A stretch of 64,000 bases of DNA from Balamuthia mandrillaris (Eukaryota). The translations under genes were made by a program, and so were the position numbers. The notes below the pieces were generated by a model, which was not told the DNA's origin, ran no database searches, and was given only the letters and a program-made list of their open reading frames with translations. How positions within the stretch are numbered: the stretch's first letter is position 1; each line of letters starts with the position of its first letter. The stretch is taken from assembly GCA_031835245.2 (NCBI GenBank), contig JAVKOQ020000116.1, positions 1 through 64,000 on the forward strand, read 5' to 3'. Shown here piece by piece: positions 49,233 through 62,900 of the stretch.

Positions 49233-49451
49233 ACTCTTTTCTCTCATTTTGCTTTGCAATGTATTTTTTTTATAAACTTTTATGATGTAAACCGAAGCGT
49301 TTGGTGGGAAGTTGTTGTGTTGCAGCCAATGCACCTTTCTCTTCGCAATAACGCAACCGTTATTGCTGCAATGCTTTGTTTGTCCTTCCTCCTAACGCGC
49401 ATTCTTTGGTTGATGGATACAATAAGACACATGGAAAGGGTTTGGGCTTTT

Positions 49452-49838
49452 TCACTGGCCCTTGGTGCCCTGCGTTTGGACATCGGCAGCTCTCCCTTGG
49501 AGCCGTTCCTCGTGATAGCGCCAAGCCTGCAATCCCAACCGAAAGACCAGCACCAAGAAGATAACGCTAGCGAGCTGCACCACCCCGGCGTTTATCAGCA
49601 CCGCAGCATCGTCCATCCCGCAGCATATCTGCTTGTCCGCGGTGAACGGGACGCACCTGGTGCTGTTGTCCGTGGTGTCGCCTTCGTCCAAATCTTCCAT
49701 TTGGCAGGGCTTCTGCTTGGTGGCTATGCCCAAGGCAATGCTGGCCAGCACGATGGCGGCCATCGCGGCCAACAGCTCGATGGCGGAGAGGGTAAGTTTG
49801 CCTATCCGTTCCTTCCGTTCTCCCACTTGGATGGCCAT
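49452..49838 (-). CDS. Small two-TM protein of unknown function
   Basis: 128-aa ORF with two hydrophobic helices flanking a Cys-containing loop; TRTCGAYA motif cluster upstream. Confidence 0.55.
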   Translation of the reverse strand: MAIQVGERKERIGKLTLSAIELLAAMAAIVLASIALGIATKQKPCQMEDLDEGDTTDNSTRCVPFTADKQICCGMDDAAVLINAGVVQLASVIFLVLVFRLGLQAWRYHEERLQGRAADVQTQGTKGQ

Positions 49839-49929
49839 ATGCTTTGCTTGGCCTTAAGGAAGCCCACTCGCCCTTTGTGCTTGTGCTGTTCTTTATTTTT
49901 CTGATTTTCGATAACGAATCCAATCAAAT

Positions 49930-50032
49930 TATCGACAAATTTCGCAAAAATCATTGACAGAGAACAACATTTTTATATATTATCGATAAGGCCTATAACA
50001 GATTGTCGATAACATAATTCAATAATCGACAA
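49930..50032. promoter_or_regulatory. Cluster of palindromic TRTCGAYA motifs (candidate promoter element)
   Basis: TATCGACA 49930, TATCGATA 49981, TGTCGATA 50004. The same motif occurs at 22287, 38687, 47876, 47911, 57802 and 59403, all near gene starts. Confidence 0.5.
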
Positions 50033-50107
50033 AAATTAAATTAGCAAAAAATTATTTACAGAAGAAAATGTATTCGAAGGGGATGAAAAAAAAAAAAGAA
50101 GTTCTGT

Positions 50108-51919
50108 TCAAGGTGAACTATCTTCATCATCTTCTTCTTCATCATCACCGTCAGGATGAAGCTTCGGAGAGGCAGGAACGGAGGAAAACGAAGCAGAGGA
50201 AGAAGTAGGAGAAGGAAGCAAGCTGCCCGTACGAGTATCCACAATGTTTCCATCCTCATCCTCAAACAAAACCTTGACGATTTCTCCGTCTTTCACCCCC
50301 TTGAAATCCACCAACGAAGAAAAAGAATTCGAGGGAGAAGAAACCGCAGAGGACGAGGTGGAGGAGGCGCAAGAAGAAATGGAAGAACTGCTAGTAATAA
50401 TGGTAGGTACAAGAGGAGAAGAAGCGGAATGAGGGGAAGAAAGGGAAGGAGAGGAAAAGGAGGAGGAAGTTCGTGGGGAGGCGGTCAAGGCAACGCGTGG
50501 AACGATATGAAGGGTTCTGGCTCGACCCCGAAGTGGAGCGACATCAGGCGAGTGCGAAGCTTCTCCCGCAAAAGATGGTTGTGGACGTGGTTGAGCTTTG
50601 TTGCTGTTGGTGTCGTTGTTACTGATGTTGTTGGATGAATTTGGTGTGAATAGGGTGCTTGGAACGGGCACTTTTTTCCACCACGAAGAGAACGGAGCTG
50701 CGGTGGCAGCATTAGGATTCTCGCTGGGAGAAGGAGAAGAAGAGGAAGAAGATGGAAGGGAAGGAGAAGCAGCAGAAGAAGGCAGAGAAGAAGGAGACGA
50801 TGCAGCAGCATTAAATAACGAGGTCGTTCTGGTGGCGGTGGAAGTAACAGCGGCTTTAGCAGTGGAGAACGAAGAAGAAGCAAGATGAGTGGTGTAGGAA
50901 GCGCCTTTCCGGACGAGTGCCAACTTAGGGAAGATGCCAGAGTTTTTCATAGCTTTCATGTCGGCAAGCCTCAGTCTATAAGGTGTTATAGCCGCGGCAG
51001 CTGCTTTTGGAGAAGTTTCTCCTCCCATTCCTTCTTTTCCTCCTGCTTCACTCGCTCCTCCTATTTTTGCTCCTTCTGATTTGGAGGAAGGTTTTATGGA
51101 AGAAGAGGGAGTAATGATCGAAGAGGATGAAGACGTGCGGGTGAGGAGTTGGCTTTCGCTGGCGGCGAAAGTGGGGGTTGAGTAAAGGTAACCTGTTTGG
51201 GCCGCTTCATGTTCTTTGCCTTTCTTTTCACCTTTCTTCTCTTTGTTCACAATGGAAGAAGCAGATAACGAAGGAGGAAGAGAAAGAACAGGCGAAGGAG
51301 GAACAGAAGACAATGAAGGAGCAGCGGTAGAGGGATTGGGCAGTGATGAAGTGGAAGCTGATAGACGGTCATCTAGTAACGAATCTTCGCTGTCGGTAGT
51401 TAGTTCGCTATCGTCGTCGTCGTAGTCGTCATCTTCATCACTCTCAGTATCATCTCTGCTAGCTCTTCTTGCTCGACGAATATCGGTGGGCGAAGCGAAG
51501 ATGAATTCCTCCTGTTCCGTTTCGTCTTCCTTCTCTTTCTTTTGTTTTTGTTGCTTTTTCTTGTTCTTCTTATTCTCCAAGCCTTTGGCAGCCAACAAAT
51601 TCCTCAACAATGCCACTTCATTCTCTCTTTCCGAATTGCTGGCAGTCGAAGGAAGTACACCTCCATCAGTCATTCTTTGTTGAGACTGTCGGTGCTGTCG
51701 AGATTTTTCGTATGATGTTGGTAGCTCAGTTATTCCTTCAGAGGAGCTGAGCTTTGGCAGTTTTGGTTTCCTCCGTAGGAATTTGGTTCTTCTGTTGCCT
51801 TCTGCTTCTGTTATGTCCTCATCATTCTCTGGTGGGCCAAAGCTAAGAGTTGGAGGGAGCGACTTTGAACGCTTCCGCACTGATCAGGCAAACATGGATG
51901 ATGTTAAGCAAATATAACC

Positions 51920-51953
<34 letters not shown>

Positions 51954-53079
51954 ACGAGCAGAAGCTAGTACCGCTTCGTAAGTCCTGTGACAGACAAGCC
52001 TTATCACCACGGTGATCTACGTCAAAAGCAGGCGAGCTCCTCTTTTCTTCAATGGAAGAAGTCCTCCTATGATGGTGCGGAACAACAGCTGTAGCCGCAG
52101 AAGCAGATGCCACCAACGATTCATCACCGTCTTTTTCGACTCCATTCAACATGGTAGTTTCGCCTTCGTCGCTCAAAGAACGCGCCATGATGGCTGAAGG
52201 TCTTGATCCCTTGCGTTTGTGACTCCTTACCTTCATGTTCTCGTCTACTTCGCTATCTTCCTCCATATTAGCAACAGCAGCAGGCATAGCTATGATGGCT
52301 TGTTCCTGTTGTTTTTGTTGCTGTTGTTGCTGTCGCTTTAGGCGACGTGCTCTTCTCTCGTTTCGTTTCCACTCCTGATCTTTCTTCTTCTCTTCCTCCA
52401 ACTCCAAGATTACCTGCAACTTGTAGGAATTACGAAGCTGATTGATCTTATCCATGGTGAGCGTGCCTGGAAAGGCATTTGCCCCAAAAGCCACTCTAAA
52501 GAGGTTCTCCGGGTCTGCCATCGCCTTTTGTCTCATGATGTGAAGCACAGCGCTGCCATCATCTTCTCCCTGCTCCATGGCCAACACTTCCACTTCTGTG
52601 ATCTTGAAGAGGGCCAAAGCGACCTGAAAGAGCACGCATGGTGATCCCTCGCAAAAGAAGCAGTCGAGTATTCGGAGCACGCACTTGAGTGGAAGTTTGC
52701 CGATAAACAGGCAGAGGAACCATGGCAGAGAGAACCAGGCGATAGGGATTTGCAAAATCTCGTTGATGTGGGCATAAAGGCGAGGCAAGTTTTCGGCAAA
52801 CAACACTTCAAATACGCGTTGGTCCACGCATGAGCCCAGCATTTCCTTAGTGTAGTAGCCTTTGAGCATCTCGTCTACTACTGTGGATAAGAGCCAGAAC
52901 GCCTCCTCTTCATTGAGGAAGAGCAGAAATACAGCGCACACGATATTCATGGATTGGCAGTAACCTGCAGCAAATTAAATCAGAACATGGAAAAAAAGTG
53001 AAGAGAGAGAGGCAGAGAGAGAGAGAGAGAAGCATAGAAGGCGAAATTAGTATGAGACAGGAAGAGAACTGAGAGAAAG

Positions 53080-53111
<32 letters not shown>

Positions 53112-53835
53112 AGCAGAAAAGAAACCAATGGAAGGTCTGTGCCAGGAATAAGCAGTTAAGACTCGGCGAAGAGAGTTAATGCCTGGACCTCCATTCCTAT
53201 AAAACGCGTGATCGAATGAGCGATGAAGATCCTTTTCTATCTCCTCCGTTGCCAATGACTCCATTCCAGCAAACTGCTCCCAGAGCTGATCATAGTGACC
53301 CTTTCGCTTGGGGGTCATAGGCTTATAGACGGAACCCGAACAAAGCTGCCAGATTTTGGATCTCAACTCATTGGGCACTCCCTCCCTGACCAACCGGGCG
53401 AACTCCTGCGTTTTTATCATGTCTATTCCCATGCCGTGCTCTCTAAAGTACTCCTTCCACATCGCCCTCTTCTGATGCTCCGCCGCTAAATCGACACTAA
53501 GGTTGAACTCCTCTCCAAAGAACATGCGCCAATGTTCCGGATTCCTCCAATCCATGGACGAAAAGGGAGCACACCGTTGCTCTTGTAGAGAATCTCGAGG
53601 TGATAAATCTGTTGGCCGGCTCTTTCTGCGTGGTGAATGGCGTTGATGAGGAAGCAAAGAAGCCGACGGATCATCGGGGGTAGAAGAGGAGCCATCCTCT
53701 GATGGCATGAAATGACCAAGGCTGATGGTTTGTCGTGGGCGACGTCGGTTACGTGATTGTGCAAATCCATATGAGTGAGCATTTCCTGCATAACATAACA
53801 ATAGTCAGAGACGCAAAGAAAAGAGGACAAATATA

Positions 53836-53872
<37 letters not shown>

Positions 53873-56316
53873 TGAGAGAGAGAGAGGTGTGAGAAGGGCT
53901 AGGTATTCACGTTTGTTGGTAACTTTGCTGGCAGCAGCTGCACCCCAAGTGCTTAGAGAGAAAGCAAGATGGCTCAGAGAGCCACTTTTTTCTTTTTCAT
54001 CACCATCAGCGTCTTGACTGTTGTCATCACCTTCTGGGTTTTCGTTGCTGACTTCATCACTTTCGGAGTTGTTTTGGTGGTGCTGTTTATGCTGAGGTGC
54101 AGAGGAAGACGAAATTGTTGTTGTTTCAAATACATGACCCTCAAAGGAACGGTCCAAACAACAGTTTTTCCACATACGGAGCAATTTTTCATAGGCATGA
54201 GGGATTGGGAAAGACAAAAGGAACTGATGCAGGAGAAGATTTAGACAAAAGAGAGAAACAGCAGAGAGAGATGTGGAAAAACTTAGAGAAAAGATAAAAA
54301 TCGAATGAGGAAGAGGAGGGTGAGAAACCTTGTTGCGACGAGTATTGATATTAACAAGATGAGGCCGATAAGTGCTCCCAATAGAGCCAATGTCCTGAAG
54401 CACAATGTCGGAAATCTCAGTGAAGGGTATGACCACCTGCGTTAGCTCTTCCCCAGTAATCCTGCGTCTCATAAGACCTTGAGACTGACTGATACCTTCC
54501 ATCACCACACCACCCAACACCTGCGTTATGTCTTTTGTTTGTTGCATATAAAATGTTTGATAAATTAGCATACGAAGGAATATCAACTACAATAAAAATA
54601 AAAGGACAACACGAATAGGGTAAGGAGGTAATTACCCACAACACCGATACCAGCACTATTCCGCGAGAGTACGAGACTCCTTCGCTTGTTCCTATCTTCG
54701 TTTTCGTCTTCGGGAAGCAAAGAGTGGAAACAAACAAAGTCGGGAGATACGTAGAGTTTGCCAGCCACAAAGATGTTTTTGACTCGCAGAGAACAATCCA
54801 TCTTCAGCTCTAATACTTCTTCAGCGGGAAGATGGAAGAGGGTTTGGTAGTGTTCGTTTCTCTTCCGTAAGTCCAAAATCTCTTTTGTAGATTTCTTTTT
54901 GGCTAAAAGCTTCACAGTATACAACGGATCAGCATTCGTTGGAAGAAGAAGAAGAAGAAGAAGAAGAAGAAGAAGACACCAACAACAACAAGAGGAACAA
55001 GAGGAAAGGAAGAGGATGAGAAGAAGAGCAAGAAGAACAGGAGAGAGAGAGAGAGAGAGGAAAAAAGATAAGTAATTCACTTACGTCGTCTGCTTCATTG
55101 CGCTAGAGAGGAGAGCAGATGGAGATTGTGATTAGCTATTTAATACAAGATTTAACAAAAACATTGCAACTGAGATACTTACTGATAGCACTCGATGAGT
55201 ACGAGAACCAGAATTAGTTATATTTTCCAGCCGAGAGGCTTCCTTTTTTTCCGCGTGATGATTGCTGATACTGCCATTAGGCTTGAGGTTTGGATCCATG
55301 CGGTCTTTCTCCCCAACGAGTTTGGCTGCTTCTTCTGGCTTCTGTCGCAGCCGCTCATCATAGCCTTCTTTATCATCATCACTCTCACCCTTCTTTGACT
55401 TATTTGCGTTCAATTCTCGTTGTGCTACAGTGCCTTCCATTGTCATTGCTCCCTCAAGCTCAGTCTTTTTCGGGGATGAAGCACAGCTCTGTTTGTTTTG
55501 TTCCTCTTCGCTATCTATGGTTTGGTTTTTATCAGCTAGTTCCAACTTTTTGGAGTCCCGCTTTAACTTGTTTCCTTCCACAAAGCTCATTTCTAGCTTG
55601 GGAATGCCGTACTTATTCCTCTTCTCAAATCCATCACCCTCCGACTCATTTCTGCTTACGTTTGTGCCCCGTTCATTATCCTGAGCTGCATTTTTCTTTT
55701 TTAAGTCCTTTTCTTTCCTTCTTTGCTCCTTCATTTCCTTCCGTTGCTGTTCTGGTTGTTCCAGCTTGCCCAATGATCGTGGCCTTTCTTCTCCTGAAAA
55801 TTTTTCTAGAGGCTTTCCGTTGTGTTTCTCCGCTTGTATGGCTCCAACTGAGATGCTATCGTCCTCGCTGGTACCGTCTTCTTCCTCGTCATAATCAGAG
55901 GAGAGATCGATGGAGTTGCGGTGTTGTGCTCCATCTTCCATGGTGCAAGATGTTCGTGGAGAATCGAGCGAAGCACTGGTCCCTCTCTTCACTTTTCTTA
56001 ACCTGTTCTCCATGTCGATGTTCCACAGCTGGGAGAGAAGTTCATAGACATCGTCACGCCTCTCTATCCCAGAAAAGAATAATTCCTCTGATTTGGTCTT
56101 GATGCGAAGAGAGTCTCTATAGACTCCCATCCGCGAGGTTTCCTTAGTCAAGGCCGTTACCTCCATGAATCGAACGAGCACGTCTTTCATGCCCACCGAG
56201 CTGAACGTTAAGTGTGAGTAGCGTACTGTCATTTCGCCGCCTCTGTACCGTATTTTTACCCATAACGAACAAGGAAATGCTTTTTTTGGAAACCTTACAT
56301 GGTTAGTAATTCTAAG

Positions 56317-56356
<40 letters not shown>

Positions 56357-56673
56357 AGAATGAACCAGTAATAACTTCTTCGTCGCTGGGGCTGGGTGGA
56401 GAGGAATCATCCACCTTTCTAGGAGAGATTTCATTTGACTTGGCCTTAGTGACAGAAGTGACGGTAGTAGGGGTAGGGACGGAACTTTTTGAGTTGTTGT
56501 TACGCGCGATGTTGGGGCCTGACTTCCGTGCTCTCGCTTGTTGCCGTTGTACTATTTGCTCGTTGCTCTCGTTCAAGTACAGCATCTTCATGTGCAAGTA
56601 AAGAGAAATGTGATGAGTCGGAGAGAGAGGAGAGCGTCGAGACGAGTTAGCGAAAGAGATGCAACGACAGAAA

Positions 56674-56716
<43 letters not shown>

Positions 56717-57353
56717 AGAGAAAGCGTGGCGAAGAGGAGAAAAGAACCTGGAACTGTAGCAGAAGGAAAGTGTCGATTTTCTGCCCCAACGACTGCTCTG
56801 ACAATTTTTGTTGCTGGCGCTTGTTGGCCTCCTCCACTTCCTCCACGACAATGAGCTCTATCTTGGGCATGATGTTGGCCTCAATGAACGCCCAGGCCTC
56901 CAAAATGGATTGCTCCTCCTCTGCCTCTGCCACAACCACCGCCACGTTGTTGTCATTCTTCTTTTTCTCTTGTTTATCCTTTTTCTCTTTCTTCTTGTCC
57001 TTCTTCTTCTTGTTCTTCTTCTTCTTCTTCTTTTGCTCTTCTTCTTCTTCCTCTTCATCCTCTCCTTCTCGCAAAGGTGCCAGCAGTAGGACTATCCGCC
57101 ACGTGGGCAGCCACTGCCGTTCCTTGAGCTGATCCTCCGCCCGCAGCAAAGGGTCCTGCTCCTCCTCTCCTCTGCCACCGCTGCATTGCAACAAGAAGTA
57201 GTCGTTTTGGCTGCAGCGCGGGTGGTTCCGCCAGAGACGGCTTGAGGGCGCAAAGTCGGAGCCAGCGCTGCTACTTCCACCACTGCCGCCACCACCGTCG
57301 TGCACCCACCTCAGTTGTTCTTTGCGTTGTAAGCCTTGTGGCTTGGTCCACAT
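50108..57353 (-). CDS. TBC-domain Rab-GAP with GRAM domains (TBC1D8/9-like)
   Basis: N-terminal MW.KP...YFLLQ; GRAM segments (FHLPAEE, GKLYVSPDFVCF); TBC motifs GVPNELRSKIW, IEKDLHRS, LRRVLTAY, GYCQSMN and EEEAFWLL. Confidence 0.9.
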
Positions 57354-58046
57354 TCTTGGATGGTTTTGGTGTCTTTTGTTCTCCTCCTCTCTCTGGCGTA
57401 TTTTTTTTTCTTTGGTAGTTTGATCTGATGTGCCAACTTCTGTTTCGATTAGTTTTGTTTGGCGTTAGCTTCCTCTGTCGGTTCAGATAGGTAAGATATG
57501 TTTTCACAAAAAAAATAAATGATCAGAGTGTAGTACGTAGTAGCTGAGGAGAGGAGAAAGTATGCTGGGCAAGATTTTAAAAAAAAAAAAGACAAAAGAG
57601 AGAGAGAGATAGAGAGAGACACCAAAGAGGAAGGAACCCACCACCAAATGGTTGAGGTCGGTTCCTTTTTTTTTTTTGTTGTGTACCTTTGTTGGGTGCA
57701 GTTCCACGCCGTTTTTTTTTTTTGCTCCTATTATCTCCTATCTCCTTTCCTATCCTTTCTTTTATTGGATTATTTTAATTTGTTCAACTATTTGTCGTGG
57801 TTGTCGATACTCATTTTCGATTGTTGATAAAACACCCAAAATAATCCATTTCGTTGATTAGGGAAACGAATTTGTGTCTCTTTCTGTGGAAAGCAATGAG
57901 AGAGAGAGGAGAAGAGAGAGAAGAGAGAGAAGCCTAGAAAACAACGAAGATGATGGTTTTTGTCAAATGGGAGTTCCTATGAACTTGAACTGTGAAGAAT
58001 TATAAATATTAAAAAAACACAAGCAAATAAGATTTGTCCCTCTCTG

Positions 58047-59282
58047 TTACCAAAGGAAAGGGATGACCCCTTTGCGTCCCTTGGGATAGTTCTCAAACTT
58101 CTTCAGGTACCACTCATGATGCTGCTTGCCCCTTGGGCCAATGTTGCAAAAGGTGAAGAAGGCAAAGGCGATGGCCGGGGGTGAGGGGTTGCACACGGCA
58201 AAGCCTGCCCATTCCAGTATCTCTCCAAAAAAGTTGGCGCCAGAGACGTACTCGAACATGCCTCCACGAGGGATTTTATAGCCCTGCTCTCCAGGCTTTC
58301 GCAAGTTTCGCAGGATATGGTCGCTGTGGATGTTGATGGCCATACCTGAAACGAACATGATTACTCCTATTTGAATTGTTAAAAAATATTTGAAAGATAC
58401 AGAAACGAAAGAGAAGAAACGGAGGAGAAGAAGGAGAAGAAGAAGAGAATAAGATAAAGAAGAAAGAGGTACCAATAATAAACATTGGGTGAGAGAGCCA
58501 GCTTTCATCGTAGGTGTAGTAGTGAGTCAAGTAGCGGCCCTGTTGGAAGCCGTTCCACATGCAAAAGCCAAAAGCCATCAGGCACAGCAACACTGGCGTG
58601 GGCTTCCCTCCACGTATCAGGAAAGGGAAGATAAAGGAGCGTTGGAAGTAGTGGGTCAAGTACAAACCCAACAAAATGCGATTTACCATCGAAGACATGC
58701 ATTCTTCTTTACCTGTTTTGTTTCAAGAAAGAGTGAGAAGAAACTAAGAAGAAGAAAACGGGAAGCAGGAAGCAGAAGCAGAAGAAGAAGAAGAAGAAGA
58801 AGAAGAAGAAGAAGAAGAACAAGAAGAAGAGAAGAAGAATAAGAAGAATAAGAAGAACAACAAGAACAACAAGAACAACAAACAGTACAAATAGAAAAAC
58901 ACCAATAAGCAGACAAGAAGCACAAGCAGGAACCAAAAAGAAAAAGAAGAACAACAACAAGAAGTACAAGAAGGAACGAACCAAAATAGCCGAGAGCAGC
59001 GGCAACAAGGAAAGAAGGTACTTCTTGCACGAACCAAGCAAACTTGGCATTGAGCTGCGGCTTGTACACGATGGACTTAGCTTCCGGGGCGTAGCGTCCG
59101 TAGGGAGCGGCGGTGCCAAAGACCAGCGCGAAGAAAGTGGGCAGGGAGCAGAGCACCATGATCGCGGCGGACACGTTGAGAATGGTCTCATCCACGGGGG
59201 AGCCGTTCCGCAGGTAATGGAGGAAATCCTGGAGGAGGGTCTCGAAGGACAGGTTCGACAACCACTGATCGGTGGATGCCAT
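58047..59282 (-). CDS. SRD5A1: Steroid 5-alpha-reductase (SRD5A1/DET2-like)
   Basis: APYGRY, AWFVQEVPS, HYFQRSFIFP, NGFQQ, INIHSDHILRNLR, YKIPRGGMFEYVSGANFFGEILEW and HHEWY motifs. Confidence 0.93.
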
Positions 59283-59916
59283 CTTTGTGTTTTATTTTAT
59301 TCCACGCTCCCTCTCAGCCTTGTGCGTTGGTTGTGGTGTGATCTGAACGCTGCTACAAAAAATGTAGCACAGGAAAAAGAGCAAGCAGCGGTGCAGGATT
59401 TTTGTCGACATGAAGCTGAACTGGACTTTTCCTTTTTGTCGAAGATCTGACGTAACTGTGAGCAATGCTGACGTATGAGAAAGATCAGATCTCAGCAAAA
59501 CGAGGGTTGCCCGTTTTTAACCAAACAGCTTCGAACTAATCTTTTTTTGGGGGCATCTCTCCCATAAGTTGCCTTTTCGACGGTGGGGGGTGCCCCCAGC
59601 GCTAACAAAACTGTCCAGGTTTCGCTACCTTTGGGCGGAGACGTGTGACGACAGTTGGTTGCCCGAGAAAAGTCTGCTTTCTCTTTGACTCCCAAAAAAA
59701 AAAAGCGTGACCATATAGTTTTTTTTTTCTAAACGGCGAAATACGTGTCTTTGAAGAACACAACCTAGAGGATTTGCACTCTTGTCAACTTTGGAACCGA
59801 AAGGCCTGTAAGAGACGCTACCTGTACAATAAGTGCATAAGTTTGGTTTTCAACACAGAAAAGCATTCTCATAGTTGTTGAAATCTTTTCTTGTGAGATA
59901 GAAAACGACTTGAAGG

Positions 59917-62900
59917 ATGGACGGCTCAGGCAAGCTGAAAAAGGAGCACAAAAAGAAAAAGCCCAAGGAAAAGGAAAGGGAGAAAGACGAAAAGAAAGCC
60001 ACAAAGAAGAAGGAGAAGACCAAAAAGTTTCACAGCGTTGGAAAGAGCAAGGGCTCAGAGATACAACCCGAGTTGGACTTGAAACGAGCCACCAATGGCA
60101 AGAAAGAGAAGGAAAAGGTCAAGAGCCCCAAAGGACGAAGTAGCAACAACCAGTCATCTTCCTCTCCTGCCTCTTCCTCGCCTTCCTCCAAGAAGAAAGA
60201 GCGGGGCACCGTGAGAGAAAAAAACAGAGCTACCTCCAGCGGACAACACCACAGCAGCTCCAAAGGAGGCAGCAAGGTGAAGGATAAAAAAGCGGCTACC
60301 ATCAGCGCTGCCTTTGGAAAGAAGCTCAAGGCAGCCACTGGCGACAAGAAGAAAAAGAAGAAGGACAAGGAGCAAACCAGTCTGGCCAGCGCCCGCTCCA
60401 AGGAGGAAAAGGACCAAAAGGAGAGGGAGGAGCGGGAGAGGGAAGAGAAGGAGCGACAGGAAAAGGAAAGGAAACGAGAGAAGAAGGAAAGGAAGGAGGC
60501 AGAGAAGAAGGCAGCAGCGGCAGAGGCAGCTAGAAAGAAGAAAGAGGAGGAAGAAGCCGCAGCTCGCAGAAAAGCCGAATCCAGCAGTGACTCATCTTCT
60601 TCCTCTTCCTCCGAGTCAGAGAGCGAGGAAGAGGATAAAGGGGCAGCCTCCTCCAACCGCAAGGAGGGCACTTCCACCGAAAGAGAGGATGCCCAAGAAG
60701 AGAACCAACAAGAGCGAGAGGTCCAACAACAGCAACAATCCGAGCCCGAAGAGGAGGAACAACATAAGGTGGTTGAAGAGCCCGCGCATACTACCAATGG
60801 GCATGTTTCCGATGAAGACAAGTCAGAGGACGATGGAGATGACGACGAGCAATCCACCACGGAGAAAGCAACTGAAGAGGAACAGGCTGAAGAGCAGAAG
60901 GAATCAGAGTCAGAAGAAAGCGAGGACGATAAGACGGAGGAAGATATCGAGGCACATGCAAACGCAAATGGAGAGGTGGAACAGAAAGAAGAGGAAGAAA
61001 AGGAAGGTGAAGAAAAGAGCACAGTAGAAGACACAGAAAGCAAGAAAGAAACAGAAGTTTGTCAGCTTGTCAAAGCCAAAGAAGAAGAGAAGCAGGAAGA
61101 GGACGTTACCGAAACAAATATGTTAACAGAAGAAGCTGACGGCTCGGTAAAGGAGGAACAAAGCGAAGCCGAAGACGTAAAAGAAGAAGAGAAAGAGCAA
61201 AAAGATAAAGAGTCAGCTGAGCCAGAGCAAAGGGATGATGAAGAAGACTCTACCAGCGAGGAAAGTTCGAGTTCAAGTGAAGACGAAGATGAGAAAGGGG
61301 AGGAAAAAGAAAAGGAAGAAGCCGAAGCTCGCGCCAAGGTAGAACAAGAAAAGAAGGAAAAAGCAGAACGAGAAGAGCAGGAGAGGTTAAGGAAAGAAAA
61401 CGAGGAGAGAGAAAAGAAGGAGCGTGAGGAAAGAGAAAGAAAGGAACAAGAAGAAAGAGAGAGAAAAGAACGCCAGGAAAGGGAGAGAAAGGAACAAGAA
61501 GAAAGAGCAAGAAAAGAAAGGGAGGAGAAGGAAGAAGCAGAGCAAAGAGAACGTGAAGACAAAGAAAGAAAAGAAAAAGAAGAGAAGGAGAGAAAGGAGA
61601 AGGAAGAAAGAGAAAAGGCACTTTCCAAGGAAGAGAAAGTAAAGAAGCCAGCAACTAAAGGATCAGATGGGACAAAGAAAAAGAAGAAGAAGAAGGCAGG
61701 CACAACCATAGTAGTGGATCGGAAGGAGGAAGCCAAGAAAAGAAAGGCAGCTTCTTCCTCCAAGAGAAGAAGCATTGCTCTTTGGAATCCTTCAAATAGC
61801 AGCAGCAGTATCGGCAGTGCTGCCTCTGGCTCCCAAATTTCCACCAGGAAAGAAAAGAGGATAGCCAGCCTGGGCACTGACGATTTGAAAGGCCTGAAAA
61901 CTTTTGTAGAGAAGACCGACAACGAGCTGAAGGAAGTTGTTGCGGGCAAAAAAGGCGCTGAGGACGAGGCTCAGCTGCTGTCCGCCGAGTCCAAGGCCCT
62001 CGCCAAACTGTGGGAAGGGCTTTGCCCTTACGTCAAGGTATTCTGCAGCAGCGCTGGCAATTGTTTGCGCAGCGCTGACCGCCTCTGCATCGGCTCCGAG
62101 GAGCCTAATGTAACCGCCCTGAAGCGTGCCACCGAGGCAATGGCCAACCTCATGCGAGAGATGGATCCCAAGGCAACCCCTGCTGGACCAGGAGCACCTC
62201 TGATGGCTGCAGCTGCCCCGCCGCCACCGATGGGAGGAGCGCCACCACCACCGATGGGAGCACCCCCACCACCCCCCAGCGGTGGAGGTGCTCCTCCCCC
62301 TCCTCCAGGGGCTGGTCCTCCACCACCCCCACCAACAGGCGGAGCTCCTCTGAAGATCGCTGGTGGTTTGGCTGCACTAAAACGTCCCTCCTCTGGCAGC
62401 GCTCCACCCAAGCCGGCCCCTGCTGCAGCACCGCCTTCCTTAGGAAACCTGCTGGCAGGATTGGGCAACGTGCAGCTGAAGAAGACCACTCCCAACACCA
62501 ACAATACCAACAACAACAATGGCACCTCCACCAGCGACTCTGGCCCTGGATTCTCGGCGGTGTTGGCTGCCTTGAGCTCCGTCAAGCTGAAGAAAGTCTC
62601 CACAGGACCACCCCCGGAGGAAAAGAAGAACCAACCCGAGGAAAAAGGAGTGCTTTCCTTCCCCAAGTTGAGAGCCACCAGAGCAGAACATGACCAACAA
62701 GCAGACAGCTCCTCCTCCCCGTCCACTTCCTCCTCTGCCCGTGAGTCAGGCAGCGGCAACAGCTTTGGTGTTCACTTGTTGAAGAGGCATGGCACAGGGT
62801 CGGGTTCTCTGCAGGCATCTCACCTACGGCGGCGAGCGACCGCGCCTGACAAAGGCGAGGTGCAGGGTGGTTCGCCTCCTCCCATGAACGAGGTCGAACA

